From the NCBI GenBank assembly GCA_050287845.1, contig JBNKCR010000033.1, forward strand, positions 1 through 59,677: 59,677 nt of DNA. The letters are read 5' to 3'. This DNA is from Polyangia bacterium. Lineage in GTDB: Bacteria; Myxococcota_A; Polyangia; JAAYKL01. The notes under the pieces are model-generated. The model ran no database searches, was not told the DNA's origin, and saw nothing but the letters and a program-made list of their open reading frames with translations. The translations under genes were made by a program, and so were the position numbers. Below are positions 48,691-59,395 of the stretch, piece after piece. Position 1 is the first letter of the stretch. Every line of letters starts with the position of its first letter.

Positions 48691-50265
48691 TCAGGCACGT
48701 TCCAGCGCTTCGCGAAGCGCTCTGGCCAGTTCCTGTTTCCGTACTGGCTTCTGGATAAATCTGGAAATTCCCCTTGCCAGGGCCGACTCTTCATCAACAC
48801 TTTTACTGAAGCCGTCACATAAAACAACAGGAAGCCCCGGACGCAACGCCATGGCACGGGTGGCCAGCTCCATCCCCGTCATCTGAGGCATGGTCTGATC
48901 CGTCAATAAAGCGTCAATATGAATAGACGCGTCCTGAAGTATATCCAGCGCCTCCGTCGGGTCCATCACGGCGATGACATCATATCCCATCAATTTGAGA
49001 TTTTTTTTGTAAATATCCACCAGAAGCGGTTCGTCATCCACCACAAGGACCGTTTCGCTTCCACCAGACTCTGACAGATACGGTGCGGGGGAACTGACCG
49101 TTCGAATGGGGACAACGGGCAGATACACCCATACCTGCGTTCCCTCTCCAACAGCGGATTCAATTCGAATATTCCCACCATGAGATCTCACCACGCCAAA
49201 CACCACCGGCAAGCCCATCCCCACACCTTCATCAGGATGCCTGGTGGTAAAAAATGGTTCAAAAATCATAGGTAAAATCGACGGTTCTATCCCACTGCCA
49301 TTGTCAGACACCGTCACCACCGCATATTGCCCCGCCGGGGATTCCCCCACCACGCCATGGACAGGCACATCTGTTTGCATCGCTCCAAGAGAAATTCGAA
49401 GGATGCCGTCTTCGTTCCCATTTTCATTCATTGCGGCAACCGCATTGGTTGCGAGATTGAACAGCATTTCCTGAATTTTAGCCCCATCTCCGGCCACCGG
49501 CAGAACATCGTTGGCTACATTGTATTCTATTTTTATTGTGCACGGTACGGAACTACGCAAAAATGCAACGGTCTCGTCCAACAGTTCAGGCATCGCCACC
49601 ACATCCCGTCGGAGCGTACTCGGCCGGCTGAATGTGACGATTTGTTTCACCAGCTTCTTGGCCCGTTCCGCTGTAAAAAGCAGTTTTTCCAGATTTTCTC
49701 TCTGAATCTGATTTTCACCCGCATCCTCAATGGCCAACTCAGCATAACCGGAGATACCGCTGAGGATATTATTGAAATCATGCGCAATTCCCCCCGCCAG
49801 CTGTCCAATGGCCTGCATTCTGCTGTTCTGTCGGAGATATGCTTCCCGGGCAGAAGATATCGGATTGTCCCGAATGATGAGCAGGCATAAATCCCAGCCT
49901 GACAGATTCACCGAATGCATGCGTGCATTGACCAGAAATGGCATTCCGTCCCCCCCCACAAACACATGTTCGCACTCCCATGGCACATCGGATTTCGTCG
50001 AGGCCAGAAATGTTGTTACTATCGGGGCATCCTCATCTCTTTTACTTTCAAAATCCCGAATATTCCTTTGAAGCAATTCGTTCACTGTGGACTTGAACAG
50101 AACTCCGGCTGTTGGATTCGCCATCCGTATCCAGCCATCCGATGAACACAACACTATGGCATCGGGGGATTGGTCAAAAAGAACGCGCATCAACGATACC
50201 GTATCATCAGGAAAACTGTTGACAGAATCCCGACCCGCGGGATTCCGTTTGTGATCCATGTCCAT
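48691..50265 (-). CDS. PAS hybrid histidine kinase (HisKA-HATPase-REC)
   Basis: AHDFNNIL, NLATNA, DNGSGI, FEPFFTT and GMGL motifs; REC VVDDE..TDQTMP..KP. Confidence 0.95.
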   Translation of the reverse strand: MDMDHKRNPAGRDSVNSFPDDTVSLMRVLFDQSPDAIVLCSSDGWIRMANPTAGVLFKSTVNELLQRNIRDFESKRDEDAPIVTTFLASTKSDVPWECEHVFVGGDGMPFLVNARMHSVNLSGWDLCLLIIRDNPISSAREAYLRQNSRMQAIGQLAGGIAHDFNNILSGISGYAELAIEDAGENQIQRENLEKLLFTAERAKKLVKQIVTFSRPSTLRRDVVAMPELLDETVAFLRSSVPCTIKIEYNVANDVLPVAGDGAKIQEMLFNLATNAVAAMNENGNEDGILRISLGAMQTDVPVHGVVGESPAGQYAVVTVSDNGSGIEPSILPMIFEPFFTTRHPDEGVGMGLPVVFGVVRSHGGNIRIESAVGEGTQVWVYLPVVPIRTVSSPAPYLSESGGSETVLVVDDEPLLVDIYKKNLKLMGYDVIAVMDPTEALDILQDASIHIDALLTDQTMPQMTGMELATRAMALRPGLPVVLCDGFSKSVDEESALARGISRFIQKPVRKQELARALREALERA

Positions 50266-50365
50266 GACTATTCAACATAGCTGAAATCTGGGAGTTTGCA
50301 AAAGCGTTCTGGTTTTCGGATGCCTCTTCAGAATGCCATAAACCGCATTTGACAGAATGAATATA

Positions 50366-52564
50366 TCACTTGATCATATCTGTGATAGCTTGCCGGGACC
50401 CCATGACCAGTACGCGATCCCCGTGAACAAAAATCAAATCCGCAAACGGTCGGATCTCTTCGTCCACATTTGATGAGGAACTGCCTTGCGCGGTGACACT
50501 GATGCTTCGCTGCAGCATCAGAATGTCCACTCCTGCGGACTGCCGAATATTCAGATGCTTCAACTTGTGCCCCACCCACCTCGGTGGCACGTCAATCTCA
50601 CTGATGAACACCCCGGGGATCATCTCCACCATTTTGCCGCTATGTGCCAGAGTCAGCTGATTGCTCAAGCCATCGGTCATGTCTTCGGTGAATATCCGGG
50701 CGTTGTATGCATCGATGACCGCCTTTCGGGTAACCACCCCAATCACTGCCCGCTCTTCCCTCGATACGCACACTGGCAATTCTTCCCGATGCGTGTTGCT
50801 GAACATCTGCATCACATAGTCAAGGGTGTCCTCGGGATAGACCACAGATGTTGTTCTGTCCGCCACATCCGCAGCCACCACCACAAACGCCAGTTCTTCG
50901 CTTTCATGGAGCACTTCGCGCACATCCTGCAATTCAACGGTTCCAACGTACACATCATTTTCATCCACTACCACCGCAGATGGCCGCTGTCCCCCGGTCA
51001 ACATTTTAAACAACACCGTCACCGGTGTACCGGCCCCAACTTTCTGAATACTACGTTCGATTACCGTGCGCACTTCAATGGACTTCAGCAAATTCAAATC
51101 TCTGCCTTTGCGCAGCCTGATTCCGCGCCTCGACAGTTTCTCAGTGTAAATGGAATCGTGCTTCAGATAACTGGAAAGTAGCACGCCAATCACGCATGCG
51201 AGCATTAATGGCGGTATGATTTTGTAGTTATTGGTCAATTCAAAGATTATCAGAATAGCGGTAATCGGCGCATGAGTGCTTGCCGAAACCACTGCCCCCA
51301 TTCCCACCAGCGCATAGGCGCTGGGCGGAGCGGTCCATCCCGGAAAAAGCAGATTGGCCATCTCCCCGAGGGATGCCCCGAGTACCGCACCGATAAACAG
51401 CGACGGTGCAAACACACCACCGGACCCCCCCGAACCGAGAGTAAATGATGTGGCCACCATCTTGGCAACAACCACGATGAGAAGGACAGGCCATCCCGAG
51501 AATCCCGCCACCCGCACGACAACACCGTTCAGCGCGTCATTGATGGTCTCATATCCGACCCCCAGAACATTGGGCACTATCAGTGATATGGCTCCCACGG
51601 CCAATCCCCCCACCGCCGGCTTGACCCAGAGGGGGAATCTCAATGCATCGAATCGCTCGGAAAAAAAATACAGCATCCGGATAAAGACGACCGATATCAG
51701 TCCTGCTGCCACCCCGACAATTCCGTAAAGAATCATTTCCCGGTAACTGACAAGAGTGAATCCAGGCACATTAAATGCGGGAAAATCTCCAAGATAATGT
51801 CTGGATACCACCGTGGCCACTACCGACGCGATGACGATGGGAGACATACTGGCCACGCGCATGTCCCCAAGCACCACCTCAATGGCAAATAGCGCCCCGG
51901 CAATGGGCGCGTTGAATGTAGCCGCAATCGCTGCCGCTGCGCCACAGGCGACAAACGTTCGGATATTGCGAACGGAAGCCTGGAGAACCTGCCCCAGCAC
52001 GGAACCGATGGTCGCCCCGATATGAACAATGGGTCCCTCTCGGCCCGCCGATCCGCCAGACCCGATGGTCACTGCGGCTGCCAGTGCTTTTGTGATGACC
52101 ACACGCCATCGGATTGCCCCGCCCTTTCTGGCAACAGCCTCCATCACTTCGGGGATACCCGATCCCTTTACTTCCGGCGCAATCCGGTACACCAGAATCC
52201 CCACGATCAGACCACCAAGCGCGGGAATGAGCAGAGCCATCCATGCCAGATGAAACGTTTCAGAGGCCAGCGGATGCTGCCAGGAAAGGTGAAAGAAATC
52301 CCTGGACCAGAGAATCAGGTATCTGAAGCCAATCGCACCATATGCAGCCAGCACCCCCAGAACCATGGCTGATATGACCAGAAATATATGCTCGTTTTCA
52401 CGCAACCTGCGAAGAGGTTTTTCCATCCGCCTGTCCCACCAATTGGCAACGGTCCGAAGGCGACGGCGAAATTCGTACAGAAACAGAGACCAACGCCCCT
52501 CTGTTGGTGGCGGCGCGATGGTTGAAAGCCGACTGGGTCTTTCATTGTTTCCGTTGTCCTGCAT
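50366..52564 (-). CDS. ClC chloride transporter/channel with CBS pair and TrkA-C domain
   Basis: GSGIPE, GREGP, GGVFAP, FELT and SIY motifs; CBS pair; C-terminal VGHKLKHLNIR...GDRVLVMG. Confidence 0.93.
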   Translation of the reverse strand: MQDNGNNERPSRLSTIAPPPTEGRWSLFLYEFRRRLRTVANWWDRRMEKPLRRLRENEHIFLVISAMVLGVLAAYGAIGFRYLILWSRDFFHLSWQHPLASETFHLAWMALLIPALGGLIVGILVYRIAPEVKGSGIPEVMEAVARKGGAIRWRVVITKALAAAVTIGSGGSAGREGPIVHIGATIGSVLGQVLQASVRNIRTFVACGAAAAIAATFNAPIAGALFAIEVVLGDMRVASMSPIVIASVVATVVSRHYLGDFPAFNVPGFTLVSYREMILYGIVGVAAGLISVVFIRMLYFFSERFDALRFPLWVKPAVGGLAVGAISLIVPNVLGVGYETINDALNGVVVRVAGFSGWPVLLIVVVAKMVATSFTLGSGGSGGVFAPSLFIGAVLGASLGEMANLLFPGWTAPPSAYALVGMGAVVSASTHAPITAILIIFELTNNYKIIPPLMLACVIGVLLSSYLKHDSIYTEKLSRRGIRLRKGRDLNLLKSIEVRTVIERSIQKVGAGTPVTVLFKMLTGGQRPSAVVVDENDVYVGTVELQDVREVLHESEELAFVVVAADVADRTTSVVYPEDTLDYVMQMFSNTHREELPVCVSREERAVIGVVTRKAVIDAYNARIFTEDMTDGLSNQLTLAHSGKMVEMIPGVFISEIDVPPRWVGHKLKHLNIRQSAGVDILMLQRSISVTAQGSSSSNVDEEIRPFADLIFVHGDRVLVMGSRQAITDMIK

Positions 52565-52768
52565 AAACGCTACAATTCATAGCACACTGCCCCCCCGGAA
52601 GCGACTTTTTCAGAATGTCCGACAGATTTGCCCGGGGTCCAGATTTATCGACAGACAAGCTGAATCAACGTGCCGTGTTGGCATTCGGCAGCGGTTTACC
52701 CAAACCCGGTTCAAAAAAAAATCAGAATAGCACTGGTTCAATGGGGCATTTCGCAATAAAGAGCAGGA

Positions 52769-54301
52769 ATGGATTTTCTCGTGCTCAGTCCGCCCGTATG
52801 TCCGCCTTCTGAACCACCTTCCGGCGCGTTTATTCTGGCCAGCGCGCTTTCCGGACATGGATACGATACGGGGTTTTTTGATTTATCCCTCGAATTCTAC
52901 CACCGACATCTGCAACGGCATGCGTCTTCGCCCGGCCTGGGGCGCGCGCTTGATTATCTGCGCAACAACCCGGTCTACGACCCGATGAATCACCGGACAG
53001 CCGCCGGGGCGATTCATCGCGCACTGAAGCTCTACGCCCGGGAACAGCCGGGCTGGACGCTCACTGCCATGGATCTGTTGCCCCCGGTGCCCGTCCACCA
53101 GCCGCAGAAACTGATGGCCATGCTCGACCATGACGACCCGTTTCTCGAAATGTGGCACGATATCATCCCACAGATGATGGACGATCGCCGCCCCGAGCGT
53201 GTCCTCGTATCCGTGGCGTACCTCTCTCAGTTGACGGCGGCCATTTCGCTGGTCCGATACCTCACACGCCACGGCATTCCCCATACCGTGGGCGGATCGC
53301 TGATTCGAAGCCTCCATGCCACCGGCGAGGGGCTGCATCTTCTCCGGTCGGTCATTCCCCGGATGGATATTTCCAATGGCGCCAGTCTGATTGCGGGACA
53401 AACTGACCGAGATTTTCTCAGCCGGCTTGCCTATCCGCAAATTCTCTGCGAGCATTCGTATCTCAGTGGACGGCCGATTCTGCCCCTCACCCTGTCGACG
53501 GGGTGTTATTGGTCGGGATGCCGCTTCTGTCCGGATAAGGGCATGAAATACATTCAAATCCGGATGCCCGCCTTTGATCAATTCATGGCAAGCATTCCCG
53601 CGGATGTCATGGCACAGGCGCCGGTGATTCATCTTCTGGATTCCGCAATGCCCAAAAACCGACTTCAGGAATTCATGCCCATTGCCCACTCTCATGGCAT
53701 CCAGTTTTACGGCTTTGCCAGGCCGGAAAAACGCTTTGCAGATGGCGGTTTTCTAAGGGATTTGTCTCAGAGTGGCTGTCTGATGCTCCAGCTGGGGGTG
53801 GAAAGCGGCAACGATGCGCTGCTCTCCCGTTTCAATAAAGGCATTCACCCGGATGATGCGCGGCGCGTGCTGAACGGAGCGGCCAATGCCGGCATCCGCA
53901 CTTATGTATATCTGCTTTTCGGACTGCCCGGTGAAACAGATCGGGCGCGAGAAGATACCCGAATACTCATTTCCGATGCCATCAATTCGGTGGATTTCCT
54001 GAATCTGTCCATATTCAATCTGCCAAAATACTGTGAGTTGAACGATCAGGCATCGGAATTTGACATAGAAATCGACGCGTATGCTGAATCAAGCCAGGCA
54101 ATCGAGCTGTATCGACCGTTCAGGGTGCGGGGCACCCACGAATCACCGCGGAAAGCCGCAAGAGCGTTCATTGCCAACCGGTTTTCCAGCGATGAACAAA
54201 TCCGTCTGGCGATTCTGCGCACCCCCAAATGGTTTCGCGCCGCCCATCTGGCGCTGATGAAAGTGCCGAGAAGAAACAGTTACAGAGTAGACATCCCCTG
54301 A
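52769..54301 (+). CDS. Radical SAM protein (B12-binding-like N-terminus)
   Basis: GCYWSGCRFC (CxxxCxxC); LGVESG..LL.RFNKG; LFGLPGET. Confidence 0.88.
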   Translation: MDFLVLSPPVCPPSEPPSGAFILASALSGHGYDTGFFDLSLEFYHRHLQRHASSPGLGRALDYLRNNPVYDPMNHRTAAGAIHRALKLYAREQPGWTLTAMDLLPPVPVHQPQKLMAMLDHDDPFLEMWHDIIPQMMDDRRPERVLVSVAYLSQLTAAISLVRYLTRHGIPHTVGGSLIRSLHATGEGLHLLRSVIPRMDISNGASLIAGQTDRDFLSRLAYPQILCEHSYLSGRPILPLTLSTGCYWSGCRFCPDKGMKYIQIRMPAFDQFMASIPADVMAQAPVIHLLDSAMPKNRLQEFMPIAHSHGIQFYGFARPEKRFADGGFLRDLSQSGCLMLQLGVESGNDALLSRFNKGIHPDDARRVLNGAANAGIRTYVYLLFGLPGETDRAREDTRILISDAINSVDFLNLSIFNLPKYCELNDQASEFDIEIDAYAESSQAIELYRPFRVRGTHESPRKAARAFIANRFSSDEQIRLAILRTPKWFRAAHLALMKVPRRNSYRVDIP

Positions 54302-54351
54302 AGAATCCGGTACACCGGCCATCGAAACGGTTCGCAAATAAAAGGAATTTC

Positions 54352-55563
54352 ATGGGCAGAGGGTCACAGGCACTGATTGATACCGCATTTCGCCTGATTG
54401 GTGCAGGTCGGATATTCCGTCCCAGGCACATCCGCCAACTGGCGCTGACCGGGGTGGACGCGGAAACGATGACACCGGTGCTCAAAACGATTCGTTCACT
54501 GAATGAGTGGTCAAGGAACTGGACATTTCACGGGGATGACCATCTGAAGACCGCTCTCACCTGCCAAACACCAATTCGGAGAGCTGAACATTTCAAATCT
54601 GCCGCCGCCATGTTTTATATGGCCGGTCTGTTTCATTTGCCCGGTCACCCCCTGCGGCCACAGCTCACCGGAAAAATGGTATCGGCATATCAGGCATTCG
54701 GACGGGAGAGCCGAATGTTTCACCCGGTTGTATTTCAGAGCGACGAGTTCCGCGTTCACGGCAATCTGTATCATCCGGCGCCCCATGAGCAACGGCCGGT
54801 CGTGATTATGATTCCGCCTCTTGGCAGTGTGAAGGAACAGATTCATTTCCAGGTGGCCCCATTTTACAATGCCGGAAGTGCCTGCCTGACCCTTGACCTT
54901 CCCGGGGTGGGAGAAACGCAGGGCAGCATGCCACTGGACGCCCACCGGATCATCAGCGACGTCATCACACAATTGCTCGAATTGAAAAACATCGAGCCAC
55001 ACACGCTTGCCATGATGGGCCTGAGTCTTGGCGCCTACTGGACAATGAAGACTGCCGCAGTGGACGAACGGGTCCGCATGGCCATCGGCATCTCGACCCC
55101 GGCCGTTTCAGGAAAGCACTGGGAGCGAATTCCCGCTCACTACTGGGGATATTTTCAGGAAGTCTTCAAGACTCGGACCCTGGAAGAAACAAAGCGCATC
55201 ACCACCCAACTGAGCCTGTATGGTGTCATGGATCGCATTACCTGCCCGGTGCTGCTTATACACGGAAAAAGGGATCGGGTCAGCCAACCCGATGCCATGT
55301 CACTGTTCCTCGAACATACCAGGCGGGCGCCATTGTCCACGCGTACGTACGACAAATGTGCACACTGTTGCCTCGATGAACTGGAGCGTCAGGTATTGCC
55401 ATCGTGTCTGACCTGGTACAACGAACAGTTGAACATGGTTTCGCAGCAACGGTCCCCTCTCACTACCCGTCCCGGGAATCTGTCGCTCATCCCGTCGGGT
55501 TCCCCACCATCCCCCTTTGGTCATCCCTCCCTGCCGTCTCCCGATTCCCCGACTTTTGTTTGA
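54352..55563 (+). CDS. Alpha/beta hydrolase (FrsA/DUF1100-like)
   Basis: LDLPGVGET; GLSLG nucleophile elbow; LIHGKRD; C-terminal His. Start ATG 54352 behind AAGGA. Confidence 0.85.
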   Translation: MGRGSQALIDTAFRLIGAGRIFRPRHIRQLALTGVDAETMTPVLKTIRSLNEWSRNWTFHGDDHLKTALTCQTPIRRAEHFKSAAAMFYMAGLFHLPGHPLRPQLTGKMVSAYQAFGRESRMFHPVVFQSDEFRVHGNLYHPAPHEQRPVVIMIPPLGSVKEQIHFQVAPFYNAGSACLTLDLPGVGETQGSMPLDAHRIISDVITQLLELKNIEPHTLAMMGLSLGAYWTMKTAAVDERVRMAIGISTPAVSGKHWERIPAHYWGYFQEVFKTRTLEETKRITTQLSLYGVMDRITCPVLLIHGKRDRVSQPDAMSLFLEHTRRAPLSTRTYDKCAHCCLDELERQVLPSCLTWYNEQLNMVSQQRSPLTTRPGNLSLIPSGSPPSPFGHPSLPSPDSPTFV

Positions 55564-55617
55564 GGAATCCGGTTGATTTGGACGTTAAGGTTTGAAAAAG
55601 GAAAAGATTCGGTGTGA

Positions 55618-56751
55618 TCAACGTTCGGGGTCCGGGATGAGTCGAGCCTTCTTTATGAATTCAGCAAACAGACGCGCCTTTTTTGCCGCCCCCTGACGGG
55701 TAACGTGCCTTCCGTCTTTCCAGCATTTCCGGCACTCCTGTCCTGGCATTTCAGCTGCGAAATCATATACGGGCACATGGTGCCTCCTGCCCAATGACTT
55801 CATGATTTCGTTATGCTCGGCCACTGCCTTCTGATAGTAGTCCTTGCTGATATAATCGTGTTTCTCGCCATTATACGCCCACGTTGCCAGCAGCACATGA
55901 ACACCGTTTGCTTTGGCAATGGCAATCATATTCTGAAGGTTCCTTTCGTAATACACCGGCCGGTTCTTTTTGAGGCGTCTGGTTCTGGAGCGATATTTTC
56001 CATGAACGGGCGCCTGCAACTGGGTGATGCTTTCAATACCGCGAATATTTTCCGAATGCCCAGTCAATCGCAGCATTATTCGAATAATCGAAATACGCTC
56101 ATACCATGGTGTAGCCGGCACATCCCATGGTTTTCTGTAACCGCTGTTGTCTCCCCGGTACAAAGCAGGATCCGCCAGTCGTGCATGCACATCGTTGATA
56201 TTCTGATAAATGATCACCAGGTCGGGATCCAAATCGAGCACCCGAAACTCGAAATTAATTAAACTCTCCCACGACGTGTATCCGGGGACGCCGGCGTTGA
56301 CGACCTCCACATTGGCGTATCCCATTTTTTTCAACTCATATTCGAGTCGCGCCGGATAAGTATTTTTATCTTTGCTGACAAATTCCGTATATGTCGTGGA
56401 GCCGCCAATTGTCGCTATCCGGTACGTTCCTTCGGGCTTCTCAATTTTAAAATCGGGTTTTCGAAACCCATACCGGTTATGATGCGTTCCGCTCATATTG
56501 TACGTGGGCGAAAGCGCGTAGTTCAGATAATGATGTCGGACAAACCGTGGCGTTCTTCTTTTCAGCGTCGCATCGACAGTGCCAAAATCCATCAACGCAT
56601 TCCTGCCTGCAAAATAGTCCAGCCACACATTGAGTGTAACCTCAAGCAATACCAGCGTGATGACGGTGACAATCAGAACACGCAACGAAAATGCAGCGCG
56701 AAATATTCGTTTAAGCCTCATTCCAGGGCCTGCATTGTGAACTGAACTCAT
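55618..56751 (-). CDS. SGNH/GDSL hydrolase with N-terminal TM
   Basis: RIATIGGSTT, NAGVPGY, NIND and DGRH blocks. Confidence 0.88.
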   Translation of the reverse strand: MSSVHNAGPGMRLKRIFRAAFSLRVLIVTVITLVLLEVTLNVWLDYFAGRNALMDFGTVDATLKRRTPRFVRHHYLNYALSPTYNMSGTHHNRYGFRKPDFKIEKPEGTYRIATIGGSTTYTEFVSKDKNTYPARLEYELKKMGYANVEVVNAGVPGYTSWESLINFEFRVLDLDPDLVIIYQNINDVHARLADPALYRGDNSGYRKPWDVPATPWYERISIIRIMLRLTGHSENIRGIESITQLQAPVHGKYRSRTRRLKKNRPVYYERNLQNMIAIAKANGVHVLLATWAYNGEKHDYISKDYYQKAVAEHNEIMKSLGRRHHVPVYDFAAEMPGQECRKCWKDGRHVTRQGAAKKARLFAEFIKKARLIPDPER

Positions 56752-56960
56752 TTTTGTTTCCTCATTACCTTCCTGAATCATACAAACAGTAGCAGGTCGA
56801 CTCTGCCCCTTCTACACCGCCGAACCAAATCGCTTCAATGGACTCTCCATATAATCAACTGAACATTGATTCTGTCCAGAGGTTAAAATCGCCATCGAAA
56901 CAGTAAAATGATACTGATGGGGTTCAGCTGGCAGACAGGCTCGCTGCAAGAGCAGTTTGG

Positions 56961-57377
56961 TTAAAACTGCCGCTCATATCGTTCTGCAGCGGCCTGTGGT
57001 TCAGATATATTCTTCCAGTACGTTTCAACCGGCTTTCGCTTCAGGTTGAGCTTATCGATACCGAAAATTTTCATCAGTAATCCAGTGGGGGTCAGCACAC
57101 CGTAATATATGATCGTCATGATTACGCGGCTCATGATATTTCCCATGACGAATGCAATCCCCATCCACAACCAATAGCCGGGAAGGGCTATTCTGGTCCC
57201 CGTCAACCCGGGCAGACCCAGAACCGCTGCGGCAATGGCCGCGACAATGCCGCTTTCCTTCTGCCCCAGCCAGAAATATAGAACGGCCGCAAAGACGCCC
57301 AGACCAATAAGCACCACAAGACCAAAGCTTCGCAGAGACTTCGCTGATGGTTTCCAATCAATTTTTACGAGACTCAT
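56961..57377 (-). CDS. SxtJ-family membrane protein
   Basis: LRSFG; WMGIAFVMGNIMSRVIMTIIYY.VLTP.GL; C-terminal YERQF. Confidence 0.88.
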   Translation of the reverse strand: MSLVKIDWKPSAKSLRSFGLVVLIGLGVFAAVLYFWLGQKESGIVAAIAAAVLGLPGLTGTRIALPGYWLWMGIAFVMGNIMSRVIMTIIYYGVLTPTGLLMKIFGIDKLNLKRKPVETYWKNISEPQAAAERYERQF

Positions 57378-57385
57378 TTTAAATC

Positions 57386-57544
57386 CTAAAACAACGTGTA
57401 AATGAACGGCGCCGCACTTGTGCCACCAAAAATCAGCAGGATGGCCATCAGTAGCAGAACGACAAGAATCGGTACAAGCCAGTACGCTTTATTGTGCATC
57501 AGAAATGCAACCAGTTCACTGAGTATATTTTTACGCTTCGCCAA
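57386..57544 (-). CDS. DUF5989/SxtK-like 52-aa membrane peptide (absent from the ORF track)
   Basis: TTG start behind AAAGGAG; translated by hand as MAKRKNILSELVAFLMHNKAYWLVPILVVLLLMAILLIFGGTSAAPFIYTLF. Confidence 0.88.
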   Translation of the reverse strand: MAKRKNILSELVAFLMHNKAYWLVPILVVLLLMAILLIFGGTSAAPFIYTLF

Positions 57545-57559
57545 GGGAATGGCTCCTTT

Positions 57560-59395
57560 CTAATCAAGTTTAAATCGACGTCGATACGCTTCCGCGCCGG
57601 GCATTTGCGGTTGTTCCGGCTTGAGACAGATGCAGTTTTCGAGCACCAGCGCATCCATATCGGTGAACATGAAACAACGGTATGCGTCCTCGGGGGTGCA
57701 AACAATGGGTTCCCCCCGGATATTGAACGATGTATTCACAATGACACTGCACTCCGTCCGATTTTCAAAGGCCTTTATCAGCCTGTAATACCGCGGCGCA
57801 GTTTCTTCATTCACCGACTGTATCCGCGCCGAATTGTTCACATGGGTAATCGCCGGCACGTCTGACCGGACCACATTGAGCTTATCGATTCCTTCAAGCC
57901 GGCTTTCGTCGTCTGAGACGTCCCGAAGACGATGACTGGCCACCTGTGAGACCAGCAACATGTATGGACTGGGCCTGTCAATGTCGAAATACGCCGACAA
58001 TTTTTCTTCGAGACAGCTGGGGGCGAATGGTCGGAATGATTCGCGAAACTTGATTTTGAGGTTCATCACCTTCTGCATCTGAACGTTTCGCGCGTCGCCG
58101 ATGATGCTCCGCCCGCCCAGGGCACGGGGTCCGAATTCCATGCGCCCATGGAAGTTACCCACAACCTTGCCGTCCTCAATGATTTCTGCAATACGATCAA
58201 CAAGTTCACGCTCATCATCGTAACGGGTGAACGGCGCATGAATGGATGTGAGGTATTTTTCAATATCTTCCGTGCTGTATTCCGGCCCCAGATATGAACC
58301 AAACTGACTGTCGGTATTTCCCCCCTGTACCACACGGGGCGCATCCTGAATTTGATGACTGGCATACAGCGCAGCTCCGAGTGCCCCCCCGGCATCCCCT
58401 GCCGCCGGCTGAATCCAGATATTTTCAAACGGCCCCTCCCGGAGCAGACGGCCATTGGCCACACAATTCAGCGCAACACCTCCTGCGAGGCACAGGTTCT
58501 TCTCCCCACTTTTGTGGTGCACGAATCTGGCAACCCGCAACAGAATCTCTTCGATGACCACCTGGATACTCGCCGCGACATCCATCTCTCGCTGAGTGAT
58601 GGGGCTCTCCGGCTTGCGGGGGGGACCGCCAAAGAGCCGATGAAATTTTTTGCTGGTCATCGTCAGCCCCTGGCAATAATTGAAATAACTTTGATCGAGG
58701 TGGAAAGAACCGTCGTCTTTAATATCAACAATATTATCAAATATGAGCTGCGCGAACCGGGGCTCACCATACGGCGCCAGCCCCATCAGCTTGTACTCGC
58801 CGGAATTCACCCGAAAACCGGTATAATACGTAAAAGCGCTGTAGAGCAGCCCCGCCGAATGGGGAAACCGTATTTCCTGTTCGAGTCTGATGCGATTGCC
58901 ACGACCGGTTCCCCATGTAGTGGTGGCCCATTCGCCAACGCCATCCATCGTGATGATGGCTGCCGATTCAAAGGGAGACGGAAAAAACGCGCTGGCGGCA
59001 TGGGACTCGTGGTGCGTCGTAAAATAGATGGGGCCATTGTATTGGTCGTTCAACCCCTTGTCGATTTCGCGGGGAATAAACAGCTTCTGTCTGAGCCATA
59101 GGGGCATCGCCCTGGTAAACGAGCGCAATCCCATGGGGGCGAAAGCCAGATAGGTTTCGAGCAATCGCTCAAACTTGATCAATGGTTTTTCGTAAAAAAC
59201 GACCCCATCCAGGTCCGCAGGAGAGATGCCCGCATGATTCAGACAATACGCAACCGCCTTTGCCGGGAAGTTGTAATCATGTTTGATTCGGGTAAAGCGT
59301 TCTTCCTGGGCCGCGGCAGATATTTTTCCGTCAATCACCAGAGCTGCTGCGCTGTCGTGATAAAATGCTGAAATACCGAGAATTTTTTTCATCAT
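57560..59395 (-). CDS. NodU/CmcH/SxtI-family O-carbamoyltransferase
   Basis: ILGISAFYHDSAA, HHESHAASAF, DGVGE, GEYKLMGLAPYG, EFGPRALG, KFRESFRPFAP and NTSFN motifs. Confidence 0.96.
   Translation of the reverse strand: MMKKILGISAFYHDSAAALVIDGKISAAAQEERFTRIKHDYNFPAKAVAYCLNHAGISPADLDGVVFYEKPLIKFERLLETYLAFAPMGLRSFTRAMPLWLRQKLFIPREIDKGLNDQYNGPIYFTTHHESHAASAFFPSPFESAAIITMDGVGEWATTTWGTGRGNRIRLEQEIRFPHSAGLLYSAFTYYTGFRVNSGEYKLMGLAPYGEPRFAQLIFDNIVDIKDDGSFHLDQSYFNYCQGLTMTSKKFHRLFGGPPRKPESPITQREMDVAASIQVVIEEILLRVARFVHHKSGEKNLCLAGGVALNCVANGRLLREGPFENIWIQPAAGDAGGALGAALYASHQIQDAPRVVQGGNTDSQFGSYLGPEYSTEDIEKYLTSIHAPFTRYDDERELVDRIAEIIEDGKVVGNFHGRMEFGPRALGGRSIIGDARNVQMQKVMNLKIKFRESFRPFAPSCLEEKLSAYFDIDRPSPYMLLVSQVASHRLRDVSDDESRLEGIDKLNVVRSDVPAITHVNNSARIQSVNEETAPRYYRLIKAFENRTECSVIVNTSFNIRGEPIVCTPEDAYRCFMFTDMDALVLENCICLKPEQPQMPGAEAYRRRFKLD

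Noticed and set aside
55618..59395. Saxitoxin biosynthesis
   Set aside because: Only sxtI/J/K-like genes are present; no sxtA, sxtG or other core genes in the window.
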